Below, piece after piece: positions 13,210 through 25,860 of a DNA stretch of 64,000 nucleotides. How positions within the stretch are numbered: the stretch's first letter is position 1; each line of letters opens with the position of its first letter. A model generated the notes under the pieces. The model was not told the DNA's origin, searched no databases, and saw only the letters and a program-made list of their open reading frames with translations. Location: contig NC_087251.1 in NCBI RefSeq assembly GCF_037042905.1, positions 25,484,001 through 25,548,000 of the forward strand. Reading direction: 5' to 3'. Position numbers and translations under genes: made by a program. The DNA is from Lytechinus pictus. Lineage: Eukaryota.

Positions 13210-13949
13210 CCAGGAATGATGATGTTCAACTGAGAGTCGCTGAAGTGGAACTTGTTGCAGAGAATGATTATTCCAGGACAAGTTAGATGATATTACCCAG
13301 CCCATACATCACAACAATGGAAGGGAGACAATATACCCCTGTACTACGTGAAGTATCATATTATCTTCAGGTTGGTTTGGAAAGTAATAATAGTCCTCTA
13401 GTCAATATTAACGTCTGTCCAACATAATGGTACTATCGAGCAATTTGGGGGTTCAATCACAAACAGCAAAAGTTTAGTAAATTGACACTAGTAAGATAAT
13501 TAAACAAATATAATACAGCCAAACTGTCTGACCCCTTACTTGACTACTGACTTAACTACTTATTAAAAAATGACAAGTGATGCTCAGGCCCTTTGTAACC
13601 ATTGTATTGGGCAGACTTTGAAGCAGATGACTAGAATTCATACTTTCATGAAGATGAAGGAAGATCAAAAGAATTATTACAATTTAGCAAATATGAAATT
13701 AGAACACTGTCATGGTTATAAAAAATAATGAATTTCTATCCAGTAAAATGACAATACAATGTAAGAAATAAGTGCAATCAAGTAATTTCATTTGCAAAAG
13801 ATATTTTCCATAATTTAATAACCAAATTTCTCAAGATAATATTCTTCTGCACAGAAGTGTATGACACGCTCAGTGTAAATCATGCTGTTTATAAATCTCT
13901 AGGAAACCTTTTTTTTCAAAATGAAAATACATGTAAACTTAATAAAAAC

Positions 13950-14158
13950 CAGGGGTGGATCCAGGATTTATCCTGGGGGGGGGGGCCACATTTTCATGAT
14001 GAAAATTTGTCAAGCAAAAAAAGGGCCTTGCTTTCCGGGGGGGGGGGGGGGGGGCATACTTTGGTGAAAATGGCATATTTTCATTACAAATCTCGACTGA
14101 GGCTCTCTAAGGGGGGGGGGGGGTGAGCCAGATGTGCCCTCCCCCAGATCCACCAGTG
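13950..14158. mobile_element. hAT-type MITE
   Basis: caggggtggatc / gatccaccagtg; TSD ataaaaac/ataaaaat. Confidence 0.8.
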
Positions 14159-15084
14159 ATAAAAATCAACATTTGTGAAAGATGGCATACGTACCTTATA
14201 CTGAATTGGTAAATTCAATGCATATGTCTACAAAATGAAACTGACATGTTTGAATAAATTGCTTATTTTTGTTTCTAGAAAGAATTCATTAACAGCTTAG
14301 AGTTATTGAGAAAACATCAGGCAAACATAACATTCTGATATGCAATAACTAAATCTGTTTTAAATATGCTTTGTTTATGTCAAAGGCTTTATCGAAATAA
14401 GATTATGCTATAATTTATAAATTACTGCATTTTGGAGCCCATTAAAATTCAAAATGAATCATATAGGGCAGTGCCACACCTTATTCACTAAAATAAAGGA
14501 GGGGTGCAGCTGAAAAATCTCATCAGCAGGGGCAATAATTTTCACCGCCATTTCAATAGTACTATTAGATATCCTGAAAACACATAATTAAAATAAAATT
14601 AACTTTCTCTCAGGAAGTGCCCCTGTATACTATTACAGCCCTTAACCAGTATATTCTCTCAAGAGGTTCAATAATTCCTTCTCTTCCCTTAATTGTAGAG
14701 TCGGTTCGGGTGCGAATGTGTCTGAAAAAAATGATAAGCCAAAAAAAAAAGATCATTAGTAAAAATTGTAGAGTGAACAGAACATATCATTAAAACAAAA
14801 TGACAAGCAAAAACAAAGATTGATCTGGCATTGGAAAATAAAAGGAAATTAATGAACACCACTTCAACAATTTTTGTTGTTTGCTTCTCCTGCTTACAAC
14901 TTTATAACTTTACCTGATACACCATATATGGACCTTTCAAAACTTTTGGCTCCATTATCATGACTTTGCCACTGTTCAAGTATTATTTATTTGAAACCAA
15001 TGCTAAGACTATAAGGTGAAATGAAATTATATAAAGAAAAAAAAAAATTCACAAAGTATAAAATCATAATGATGTAGGTCATGT

Positions 15085-15580
15085 TGAAATTAGACCCTGG
15101 ACTGGACTCAAAATTAGATCAAGTGTAGTGTAGACCAAATGTAAATTACACAAAGTGTAGACCAAATGGCAATTAAAAAAAATTAGACCAACTGGACATT
15201 TCGCAAAATGAGGATTAGACCAAGTGTAGACCAAATGGGTTTAGCCCATTTGGCATTAGACTAAATGAGAAGTGGGCAAACTGCATGTAGACCAAACGAA
15301 TATATACATATTTCACACTGTGGAACTGCATGATATAAAGCCAATTTTATGTACCGGTATTTGACAAAGTAAAAAAATTGTAATTATGTAGGTTATGCTG
15401 AAATTAGACCAACTGGACATTTCGCTAAATGAGAATTAGACCAAGTGTAGTGTAGACCAAATGGCAATTCAGTAGACCAAATGGGTTTAGCCCATTTGGC
15501 ATTAGACTAAATGACAAGTGGGCAAACTGCATGTAGACCAAATGAACATACACCATGTACACATATTTCACACTTGGGAC
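15085..15580. repeat. Minisatellite of tagaccaaatgg-like units with an internal block duplication
   Basis: aattagaccaactggacatttcgc...gcaaactgcatgtagaccaaa occurs at about 15181 and about 15402. Confidence 0.75.
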
Positions 15581-16307
15581 TGATAAAGAGAGCCGTAGCA
15601 GACGACGGAGATGCGTACATGATCTGCGTCCGCAAATAACGTGCACGCATGTATGTACTAACATGAAAAACAGCATATGGGACGATCTTACAAAAAATTG
15701 CACATGCGGGAGAGTCATTGGAGAGTCACAGCAGATGACGGCTAGCAGACGCCGATGGGCGCGCGCATTTAGCGAGCACATCGTGATCGTTTTAACTATC
15801 GATAGTACGTACAGTGTATTAAAAAGGTACCGCGATGTCTATGGCTTTTTCGGACCATGTTGGTGCTATGAATTTCCTTTTTTTTACAGTTTAAATGAAT
15901 TTTACGTAAGTTTTAAGTGGTTTCACATGATAAATTAGATATTAAGGAATATTTTGATATCATTCTCTCGACAACAAACACATTTTGAAATTCTTGTTGT
16001 CCTGCCTACCATAGTCCTAGTACCTGTAGATTCCCCACAGGCAGGATGGTTGCAGTGAGCCAGTGTGTGATTGTGAAGTGCAGTGACTGACGCGAGTGGC
16101 ATGCATGCAACCTGGCGGTGGCATTATAGTAGTACCGTAATTGTTCTCTGTTACAAAATAAGGTTGGCAATGTAATGCTAATTTTTAAAGTAATTTTTTT
16201 TACACTGTCAGTTTCCATCTCAGCTATTTATCATATTACTTGGCTCTTATTAGTCTTGAGTAATTTTGATTCTTTTAATGATTTTTTTTCTGAATAAAAA
16301 AACTTAA

Positions 16308-16898
16308 AGGGATGGTCCGGGCTGAAAATATTTATATCTTAATACATAGAGGAGAATTCACTGAGCAAAATGCCGAAAATTTCATCAAAATCGGATAACA
16401 AATAATAAAGTTATTGAAGTTTAAAGTTTAGCAATACTTTGTGAAAACGGTCGTCATGAATATTCATTAGGTGGGCTGATGATGTCACATCTCCACTTTC
16501 CGTTTTCTTATGTTATTACCCGGGGTTATTACATAAAATTATATTTTTTTCATTATTTCATACTTGTGTGAATAATATGTCTCCCTTATAATAAAATAAG
16601 TTGCAGCAATAAATATCTAATGCACTAAATCTGTTGTCAATCCAATTTTTCTAGTTCTTGGAGGAAAATTTTTGAATAAACCTAATTTCATATAATAAAA
16701 TACAAAAGAACAAGTGGGGATGTGACATCATCAGCCCACCTAATGAATATTTATGACGACTGTTATCACAAAATATTGATAAAATTTAAAATTCAATAAC
16801 TTTGTTATTTGTTATCCGATTTTGATGAAATTTTCGGCATTTTACTCAGTGAATTCTACTCTATTTATATATAAATACTTTCAGCCCGGACCATCCCT
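16308..16898. mobile_element. Kolobok-type (TTAA TSD) MITE
   Basis: TTAA|agggatggtccgggctgaaa ... tttcagcccggaccatccct|TTAA; about 190-bp inverted arms. Confidence 0.9.
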
Positions 16899-18029
16899 TT
16901 AAACAGAGATTGAAAAATGACAATTTTCTTGCCACATTACTTTCCACCAATAGAGGGAGTATGGTCGGAGTATACTACTAACCTCGCAATAAGTGTGAGT
17001 GGGTCGGAACTACCCCTTATCGACCAACTTATTTTCTAAGCATCGTATCTGCAAAAATATTTATCAGTTTTATCTAGATTTCGTGTAATTTGTGCAGAAA
17101 ATTGAGTAGATAAGATTCCCATGTTTTGATTGACGATTCCGATTCTATTCGCGTATATATTGGTGAACAACGAATGCGATGATTTTTGCATTTGCTCATT
17201 TGCACCCTTTTGAAACTGAATACCCGTGATACACTAAGTTTACGGCCGATTCTAGTCACGGTGGCGAAATATTTTTACTCTTCCAAATAAATCTTTGTCT
17301 CACTACTTCCACTGCACTGCGAGCTCCTGCACATGATTTGATGACGGATATTTGTTCTAAAGCTGTTTCCTATTGTATTTCTTGGTATAAACATCTTTTT
17401 TTCGGCGGGATTCGGGGTCTGGTCAATACAATTTTGATGAATTCTACTAAATTTTTACATTTTTTCCTTCTTTTGTTCTCGTAAAATCGATTCTTACTGT
17501 TCCTGCACTGCGCCCAGTCTCCCGTGCGTATCGTTTGTAATACGTGATAATTTTAATGCACGCAAGGTGGTTGGTTTCAAAAGACGTGGTCGATATGTGG
17601 TGGTCTCACTATACACAAAAATATGCCCAAAATTCAAGTTTTTGAGCGCTCTGGTCAATACAAAAATTATTCCCAAAATACTGTACTACCAGGAGTACCA
17701 GTAATGAAAAACAAATTGCCACTGTATGGAAATTAGTATTTTTTGGTCACAAAAGTGCATATATATTGATATATGATCTCACAAATGAATTTTAAGTTAT
17801 TAAGTGTGTTGCAAATCTTATGAATGATAGGTATTTATATGTAGCATCTGACCTCCTAAAACCAAAACTTGATGGGTAAATTTGCCTGCATTATAATGCA
17901 TGCTTGCCATCACCTTCTGATTGTCTAATAGTACAACCAGTCAGTGCATGTTTACAATGAGCTGCACAAATTAAATTTGCTGAAATTTCCAGTGATCTAC
18001 CTGTCAGAATTATTTGTGAATTTTCTTAC

Positions 18030-18120
18030 ATGATGTACAGTTTCCCATTATGTCATATCATAGATACTGCCTTTAAACAAAGTATCTTCCCACAGATATG
18101 GAAACTTGCAGAAATCTTAC
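18030..18120 (+). mobile_element. CR1/L2-clade LINE ORF2 fragment
   Basis: PLCHIIDTAFKQSIFPQIWKLAEI resembles the conserved segment preceding the RT domain in these LINEs. Confidence 0.55.
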
Positions 18121-18982
18121 TAAAAATTCAAATCTTTTCCTGCTGTGGTGTCCAAAGGAGAGACCTGCGGGTCATAGTGATTCAGTTCGCTTTCCACCTC
18201 CCGGGCACAGGCGACGCCAAACAAATAATAATAATAATAATAAATTTCTGACCGGCAGATTTCATGAATGGCGCTAGGCATGATGCAATGTTTAACAGAT
18301 TTGGCTGTAAGGTTCATTTGTTTTTCACCAACAAAGAAAAAACTTTGTTTTGACACTTGTAGAAAATGAGCAACTTGACTTTAATTGGGGTAGATATTGA
18401 TTGATTACTCTACCCCAAACATGTACAAGGTGCTGATTTTCCACATTAAAAAAATCACAAATTTAATCTGTTAGATGTTGAGCTGCATGTCAAAATATAC
18501 AAAATAAGATACTGACAATTGGCCTTGCTCTTCTTTTCCATAACAGTCTTGGCATTTTATGTTACTGTTTATTACATTATGTTTAATATGCCCTGTCTAT
18601 GTCAGTTTTATGACCGTGTACTTGGCTAGACTCTTTTCTTATGTCTAATTCAATGTATAAAATATATCTGTATTGTTATTTTTATGTACTGTTCATTTAT
18701 TTCTTTTTGTTCAATAGAGTGAGGCAAAACAACCCATTTAATTATTGATGCACTAATGCACTTGACTTCCCACATGATACGTTTGTATCTATAGATTATT
18801 CTTTGTGCAGTCCTGAGGTTCTTCTGGATGGATAATATTTCTTGTGAACTGCAAATATTATTTCCAAGTGGCTTTTATTTTTGTACTATCCAAGCCAAGT
18901 CTAATACTAATCATTATTATTGACATCATGATATAGATGTAGACCTCTGTTTGAAAAAGAAGTGGATGTTTGATGCCATGTT

Positions 18983-19224
18983 CAAAGCTCCACACTAACT
19001 TTTTTCTTGGTGGCCCGATCGGTACACCAAAATCATTAATTTCATATTTTTGGTGGCCCGCAAAGCAAATTTAGTGGCACTAAAACAATAGAAAACATTA
19101 CAATTCATCAAAATTCTGGTAGCCAAACCGGGCCACCAAGTGTTGGCTATTACAGAATTTTGGTGGCCCGACTGTCATTTTTGGTTGCCCTTGTCCTCCG
19201 GGCCACTGCTAATGTCGAGCCCTG
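18983..19224. mobile_element. hAT-like MITE
   Basis: caaagctccacact / atgtcgagccctg ends; (g)ccatgtt duplicated on the flanks; internal tggtggcccg repeats. Confidence 0.7.
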
Positions 19225-19554
19225 CCATGTTGATAATTTAAGTGACATAGTACATTGCATGACTCTTCAATTACAATTATATTTAGGTATCAATTTGCTG
19301 TCAAGAATTTGACATTTTCAACTACAATGATGATAATTCAGTGGATTTCACCTTAGTACCTTATATGTAATTCTTTTTCTATTTCAGATACTATGCATTC
19401 CAGAATGAAGTAAAGCATTGATCAAGACAGCAAGATAGGTTTCTGCAGTACCTAAATCAACACAAACAGATTTGTGAAATGAATTAATTATACAGCTACT
19501 TTTGCAGTTCAAGCAATACTTTGACAGTAAAATGTAACTTCAGGAATCTTAAGA

Positions 19555-20253
19555 ATGGCTGCGAAGGAGGGGACAGTTGATCTGTGGAGTGGTCAGTCAG
19601 AAACTACTTGTAATTCCTGCGTAACATGTGGGTCAACCGAAAACATCAAGCAGTGTGCCAAGTGCTTGTCAGTTGCATACTGTTCCAAAGAACATCAGGT
19701 ACAGGACTGGAAGAAACATAGAAAGAACTGCAAGAAACAACTTCAGAACGGGAAGCAGAATGACAATCGCAGCCCCATCACCCATTCCACCTCTTCTAAA
19801 GAGACAAACCAAGATAGCAAACTTGACCAAAGTGCCAGTATTAACCTTTCATTTGAATTCGACAAGCGTCCGTACAAACCTAGGAATTACCCCCAACCGA
19901 CCGGCAAGGACTTGGTTTCTCTCGCTGAGCACGTGACCAGCCAGTTGAAAAGCAACAATTTCTGTGTTGTGGACAGTATCTTCAACCCAACCCTTGCCAA
20001 TGAGGTGTTAAAGGAAGTCATTGAAGTGCATTCTTCAGGCATTTTCATTGACGGCCAGCTGAGTGGTGGGAGGCGAAACAGCAGCGACACAATTGTCACA
20101 AAGAAGACTATTCGGGGAGATGAGATTACGTGGTTGGAAGGAAACGAAAAACAGTTTCCATACATCTGCGTGTTAGTGAAGACCTTGGATAGGTTGCTCT
20201 CCAAAATGAACATTTATTTGAAAGGAGAATGTGATGTTGGAGGAAGAACAAAG
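19555..20253 (+). CDS. EGLN1: HIF prolyl hydroxylase (PHD2/EGLN1-like), coding exon 1: MYND zinc finger and start of catalytic domain
   Basis: MYND pattern CVTC...CAKC...YCSKEHQVQDWKKHRKNC; PHD motifs FIDGQL, IRGDEITWLEG, GRTK; donor AAG|GTACAG after 20253 (233 codons, phase 0); upstream acceptor ttctttttctatttcag ends at 19387. Confidence 0.95.
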
Positions 20254-21377
20254 GTACAGTTGAAAATTACTTTGTAGAAATTTGATTAAGTTAAGTTTTT
20301 TTTATTGTAGTTTGTAGACCATGTCTTTTATTTTCAACATTCTCATCTCATATCAACATCAGCCCCTGTAGAAGTCAGATAGAGTTTTGATACTTACATG
20401 TATTTTGAAACTTTACAAGAATTAATTGATATTTTAAAGAAGGATCATATTCATAAAAATATCACAACGCTATCATAAAAATATCATAACGCTTACAACA
20501 ATTTTGTAGTATTAGAATCAGATGAATAGTAGTCTACAATAATTCACACATCCAAAGCTTTACATAAACTTTAATCAGGGAGATGCCGGGCTTTATGCCA
20601 GTCAGAGAAGAGTTCATAATTGTACAAAATACAATCCCAGTAACTGCATGATGTCAGAGTGCCCAAATTATTGACTTTTCCATTATAATCATAGTTTACT
20701 TTTTAATTGAGATGATAAAATCTAAAGCTGCTTTGTGCTTTTAATTGCTTTAAGATAATATCCATGATCTTTAAATATTCAACAAGATGAGCTTAAACAG
20801 TGTCACTCTTTATGAAATCAACAATCCATTTGGACACTTTCATACTTCTAATACAATAATTGTTTCTGGACCATCGTATCAGAACAATCTCTCTTCACAC
20901 CTGGTATAATACTGCCTCTGTGTGTACTTTCAAATATAAAAGCTAAAATATCTCTTTTCAAACACATATATTAGCAACATGTTCCCAAATGTTTCAATTG
21001 AAACCAGTTAATCCTGTGTCTGAGCCTCTCCACATTATAATGATTTTCTGTTCTTGAAGTAATATGAATTCCTGAGTATACTTTTGTTATTGATCTGTAG
21101 TTTAAGAAATCGAGATATATTTCATAACAAACTCAGCTTTTAAACATATGTGGTGATTCTTATGTATCAATGATCTTTTATTCTCATCATTATTTCCTTG
21201 TGATAATTTGTTAATTTTCCTGTGTGTTCCTCTCTCTGTACAATTATTTTCTTTATATTTACCAATGTGAATAATAAGGTACTGTAATATAATGGATGTC
21301 ATATAAAAGTAAACCAAACAGAAAATAAAACAATCAAGTTCATTCACACAATGTTGTATCATTCCTTTGTATCCTAG

Positions 21378-21593
<216 letters not shown>

Positions 21594-22187
21594 TAACAGT
21601 TCAGTTCAATCAAGGGCATTTCTCTTTAACTTGGTTGAAGAATCGTTGTAGCAAAAAAAATTAACACCTTTTGGTATTTGATTATAGATATGTTAGCCAG
21701 AAATAAGTCTTTAAAGTACATGTATAAAGTACCTTAGCAAAGGCCATGACCATTGCTTCCCCGCATGTGACATTTCAAGAAGGCTTCCTACATGTAGATT
21801 CCATATGACGATGTAAAAATGGAAGGGTCTAGAAGGGAGCAGAAGTTGAGTGGGTTTCCAGACTAAAAGATGTGAATGAAGATAGCTCAGGCTTTGTAAA
21901 GGCAGGTTCTGAAAGGTTTATTAGATGATTCTAAATTGTTGTTGGTGTTTGAAGCCCAGTACAGACTGCCTTCCATAACTTCAATGGGCAATTGAAAGCT
22001 CATCAGCAAGAGAGATTTGTCCCAGAAAAAGCTTCATTCTGAATTTGGCATTGTGCTGATGTAAACAAAAAGATGCTTGACACCAACACTAAAAAAAATC
22101 AACACCAAACTTCAAATCACCCATAGTCTTAATGTTTATATCATTAGAAGCACCTTAGTTTCCATACTTTCACTGTTTTATTTGCAG

Positions 22188-22321
22188 AAAACCGGTGGAT
22201 TGCTTCGACTTTTCCAAGGTTCTGATGACTATATTGATGTTGAACCGATCTTAAACCGAGCCATATTCTTCTGGTCTGATCGAAGGAATCCACACGAGGT
22301 CCAGCCTGCATTCAAGACACG
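22188..22321 (+). CDS. EGLN1: EGLN1-like coding exon 3, containing the distal His ligand
   Basis: tttgcag|AAA; KTGGLLRLFQGSDDYIDVEPILNRAIFFWSDRRNPHEVQPAFKT-R; phase-2 donor CG|GTCTGG. Confidence 0.93.
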
Positions 22322-22639
22322 GTCTGGGGCTTTTATAGTATAAAGCCTTTATACTATTTTATTTCTTAGTATTCACAAATGCATCTAAAGCCATATCATC
22401 AGCATTCATCGGGGTCTTGATGTGTAATACCATACAAAAACAGGTGTTCACTCACGATAGAAAGAGTGTATTGACAAGCATTATATATATACATTCCACA
22501 TATAGTTAAGTCACTAGTTTACCCTCTTGACCTAGCCCCCCCCCAAAAAAAAAAATGAGGTCAAAGGAAGCCTAGCGATGGCACAGTGACTGCATTGCTC
22601 AATTGATTTATTACAATTATTTCCAACAATTTCCACAAT

Positions 22640-22900
22640 ATAATAAACACAGCATTTTTTATGCGCCATCTATCTAGTGAACTATTCTGAGGCGCAGAAG
22701 GAAGGGAGCTATTAGGAATTAGATAAAACAATGTTTGCTTATGAATGTGCAGGTGTACAAACAGACCTAATTAGCTTGTAATATATTTTTTTTAAATCAG
22801 AAAACAGATACGATTTTAGATACTTTTTAAATGCTTCAAGCGATTCTATGTATCGGATCCTCAGTGGAAGAGCATTCCAGAGAGATGAAGCCAAAGTCAC
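22640..22900 (-). mobile_element. 3' end of an L2/CR1-type LINE within an EGLN1 intron
   Basis: ASSLWNALPLRIRYIESLEAFKKYLKSYLF is a typical ORF2 C-terminus; tail gcgcctcagaat...ggcgcataaaaaatgc. Confidence 0.75.
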
Positions 22901-23183
22901 CACTAAAAAAATTGATCTGTATTTTCTTACCAAGTTACTCACCGAAAGGAATGTGTCCAAAACTCCGGAAATAAAGCAAGCAGGGACCAGTACTAGCAGT
23001 GCTTGGATTGGATCAGTCCGCGGAACAATACATGGCGATAAACTATTGCTAGAGTTCGATAAATTTAATGTAGAAAGGATGAAAATAAAAATAGATAAAA
23101 TGATTAATGAATTTGATAACAATCTATTTGTATCGTGTAGAAATCATGGAGTCGATTTCCCTTTTTGAATATCATATTATTAG

Positions 23184-23254
23184 GTACGCAATCACAGTCT
23201 GGTATCTGGATAAGCATGAACGTCTGGAGGCTCGAAAGGCTGCCAACACAGAAG
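23184..23254 (+). CDS. EGLN1: EGLN1-like coding exon 4
   Basis: tattag|G TAC; completes the 2OG-binding Arg codon, then YAITVWYLDKHERLEARKAANTE; donor G|GTAATG. Confidence 0.93.
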
Positions 23255-23518
23255 GTAATGAAAATCACCAATACGTAGTAATAAGTGGCTTAGACATTCA
23301 CTCTACAAGCTACTCCAGATTTAAAGCCTAACTCGAGTGGTCCCAGTGAGCACAAAATTTTGGGAAGTGTTTGAAATCAAGAGCAATTGGCTATCACACC
23401 ACCAGAGGATACTGTGACATAGTTTAAAGATAAATGAAAGTACATATAGTTGCGGTAAACACTGATATTATTTAAAACCAAGGTGAATTGTCACCCTATC
23501 ATCCTAGATCTAGATCTG

Positions 23519-23672
23519 GGGCCCGTTTCATAAAGGACTTACAACTGTTGTAACTTTGCCATTATGGCAACTACCATGGTAACAGGGCTCAGCAGCCAAT
23601 CACAATCAAGGTTTCCATGGTAGTTGCCATATAGCAAGTTACCATAGTTGTAACTCTTTGTGAAATTGGCCC
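23519..23672. mobile_element. Harbinger-type palindromic MITE
   Basis: CTG|gggcccgtttcataaag ... ctttgtgaaattggccc|CTG. Confidence 0.85.
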
Positions 23673-23721
23673 CTGGTACAGTTACATAAACTAAGTTGTA
23701 TCTTTGTGTCTATTGTGACAG

Positions 23722-23822
23722 ATGTAAGTAGACTACAGCAACAGTATTCCATGATGAATCTGAGTAGTAAATCCTGTGAAAAGGATGAAAATGATGGAGA
23801 GAAGAGAGAAGTTCCTTCATGA
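23722..23822 (+). CDS. EGLN1: EGLN1-like final coding exon (C-terminal tail)
   Basis: ttgtgacag|AT is phase-compatible with exon 4; DVSRLQQQYSMMNLSSKSCEKDENDGEKREVPS*; donor GTATGT 1 nt after the TGA. Confidence 0.7.
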
Positions 23823-24341
23823 GGTATGTCTGACATAGTGATAAGCCACTTCGTCTTATCCCACTCTGTAGAAATTTGGGGAAAGTTTTTTGTTGTTGAT
23901 GATTCATGTGACTCAAGTTATGAAAAGTCTACTTGAAACAACTTAGAAATGATTTTAAGTTTCATAGGCCTAGATTCTAAAGTTTGGTTTGAATGGAACT
24001 GTGGTCTAATTGTTTGGTTCAACTATAAGAATTCAAATATTATACAAATCTTGAGTAGAAGATGCTTTTATCTAGCACATTTGGCATCCAATCTATCTAT
24101 TTGATATCTATTAAATTCTTGTATTATTAATTGCAATTACTTATTTCATGAGAAAAAAAACCCAGTAAACATGAAATAATGAGAAACTACAGTGAAATCA
24201 GAGTTTAGAAATTTTGATTCTAATTTTAGCACAGACTTCCCTGTTTTCAGAATATGGGCCAAGCATCTTGAACAAGAATTTGAATACCCCCCCCCCCCAC
24301 CCCTACCCCTGTCACTACATTTATTTTGTTATGTATACCAG

Positions 24342-24570
24342 TGTATTCATTAACACTTTGACTTTTGACATGTCCTTTTTTCATCAGAGGACAAGATTTT
24401 TGCTTGAGGATGTTACAGAATGTATACCACTTTATTCATTTACATTTTGACCTTACTATTAACATCAGTCTTTTGTTTATATGCAATGTATTCATTAACA
24501 TTGTTGACCTGTTGCCTTTCGTCTTTTTATCATCAGAGGACAAGATTCTTTTGGGAGGATGTTACAGAAT
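24342..24570. repeat. Local direct duplication (about 80-bp core, about 146-bp period)
   Basis: tgtattcattaaca...catcagaggacaagatt...gaggatgttacagaat occurs twice. Confidence 0.75.
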
Positions 24571-25860
24571 TGACGATGAAGCCACACCCACCCTTGTAGC
24601 CTCCCAATGGCCAATGGCCCATCTAATTAATTCTCAGCTGCAAGTTCTATATTCCTGAGGTCAGACCAATATTATGCCTTTCTTTTTGCCCGATTCAAGC
24701 TAATGATCCAATTTTATTGTTTTTGATATTTTGTAGAATTATGATGTACATGCTGCAAATTTTTTTTGAATAGAACTGTTTATTCCACAGGAGTTTGAGG
24801 GTATGTTATGAAGTAATTATATTTTGCATTGGTCCGGAATGCCTTTTTGAAAATTAAAAATCAAACCTTGTATAAGATGAATGCTATGCCATCAAGAATG
24901 AAAGAATATCGAGAGCATGGTATTCTAAATTTCCTTTTTTAAAGATCTTGTAAATAATTAATTTGTATTTTTTTCAACAACTCCTGAATGATAATTAACA
25001 ACTCTACATTCCCCTGTTGCGATGAACTAAAACATTTACCATTGAAACTTAGCCAAAAGCTGAAATGTATTTCCTAATCATTCATTAATAATATGTGAAG
25101 GTGAATAAACATGCACAGTGCTTGCTCTCTCTCTCTCTCTTTCTCCCTCTCTTTCTCCTCCCTTTTCTTTTTTCACTCTTTGAATTATGTAAATCTATAA
25201 AGCACAATATTTTAGTTTTAGCTGTATCATTGATGGACAAAAGCAAACTGATTTTGATGGAATCTCGTATCAACACATACAATTTGGTGTGCTTAAGGAC
25301 AATGCCTTAGTTGATCAGTTTTAATATAATCAAATTGGCAACATCATTTCTTCTTTCATAGCTGCAAAGAAATGTCTTGAAATTTGCAAATTCGTGGGAA
25401 ACTGTTTTGGCATTCCTATAATGTTGCCAAGCAATTGATTTTAGTGATTTCACCCCCTTTAAGTCGATTTGTTAACCCTAAACAAAAGGTGTGATAAAAA
25501 GGACACAGTATGTGCCAAATCTTTAACTCTTTCTGGTCATGTACTTTGATTTGTAAGCCTATTATTACTACAGGAGTTGCATAATGATTGCAAAAATGCG
25601 GTTCTGAACATGTTTGAAATCAAAATTTGGTGGTAATTTTCATGTTTTTGAAGAACATTAGTTGGGGAAAAATGAATTATTCTGACTAAATCTGCCTTGA
25701 AAGTGCAGTCACGAGTTTGTGATTTGCCTCATCAACGTGCTTGATATTATACTGAGAAATCTTGTCTCTATGAAGCTTGAGTATTAGTAAGTAAGTTTAA
25801 CATGTTACAACTCAGATATTTTCTTGCTCTTCATTCTTCAAGCTTATTAGATTCATTTAA

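Noticed and set aside
13215..13290. Possible C/D-box snoRNA (ATGATGA ... CTGA)
   Set aside because: No terminal D box at a suitable distance and no closing stem
22848..23168. 106-aa plus-strand ORF in an EGLN1 intron
   Set aside because: Antisense to a LINE remnant and not needed for the PHD reading frame
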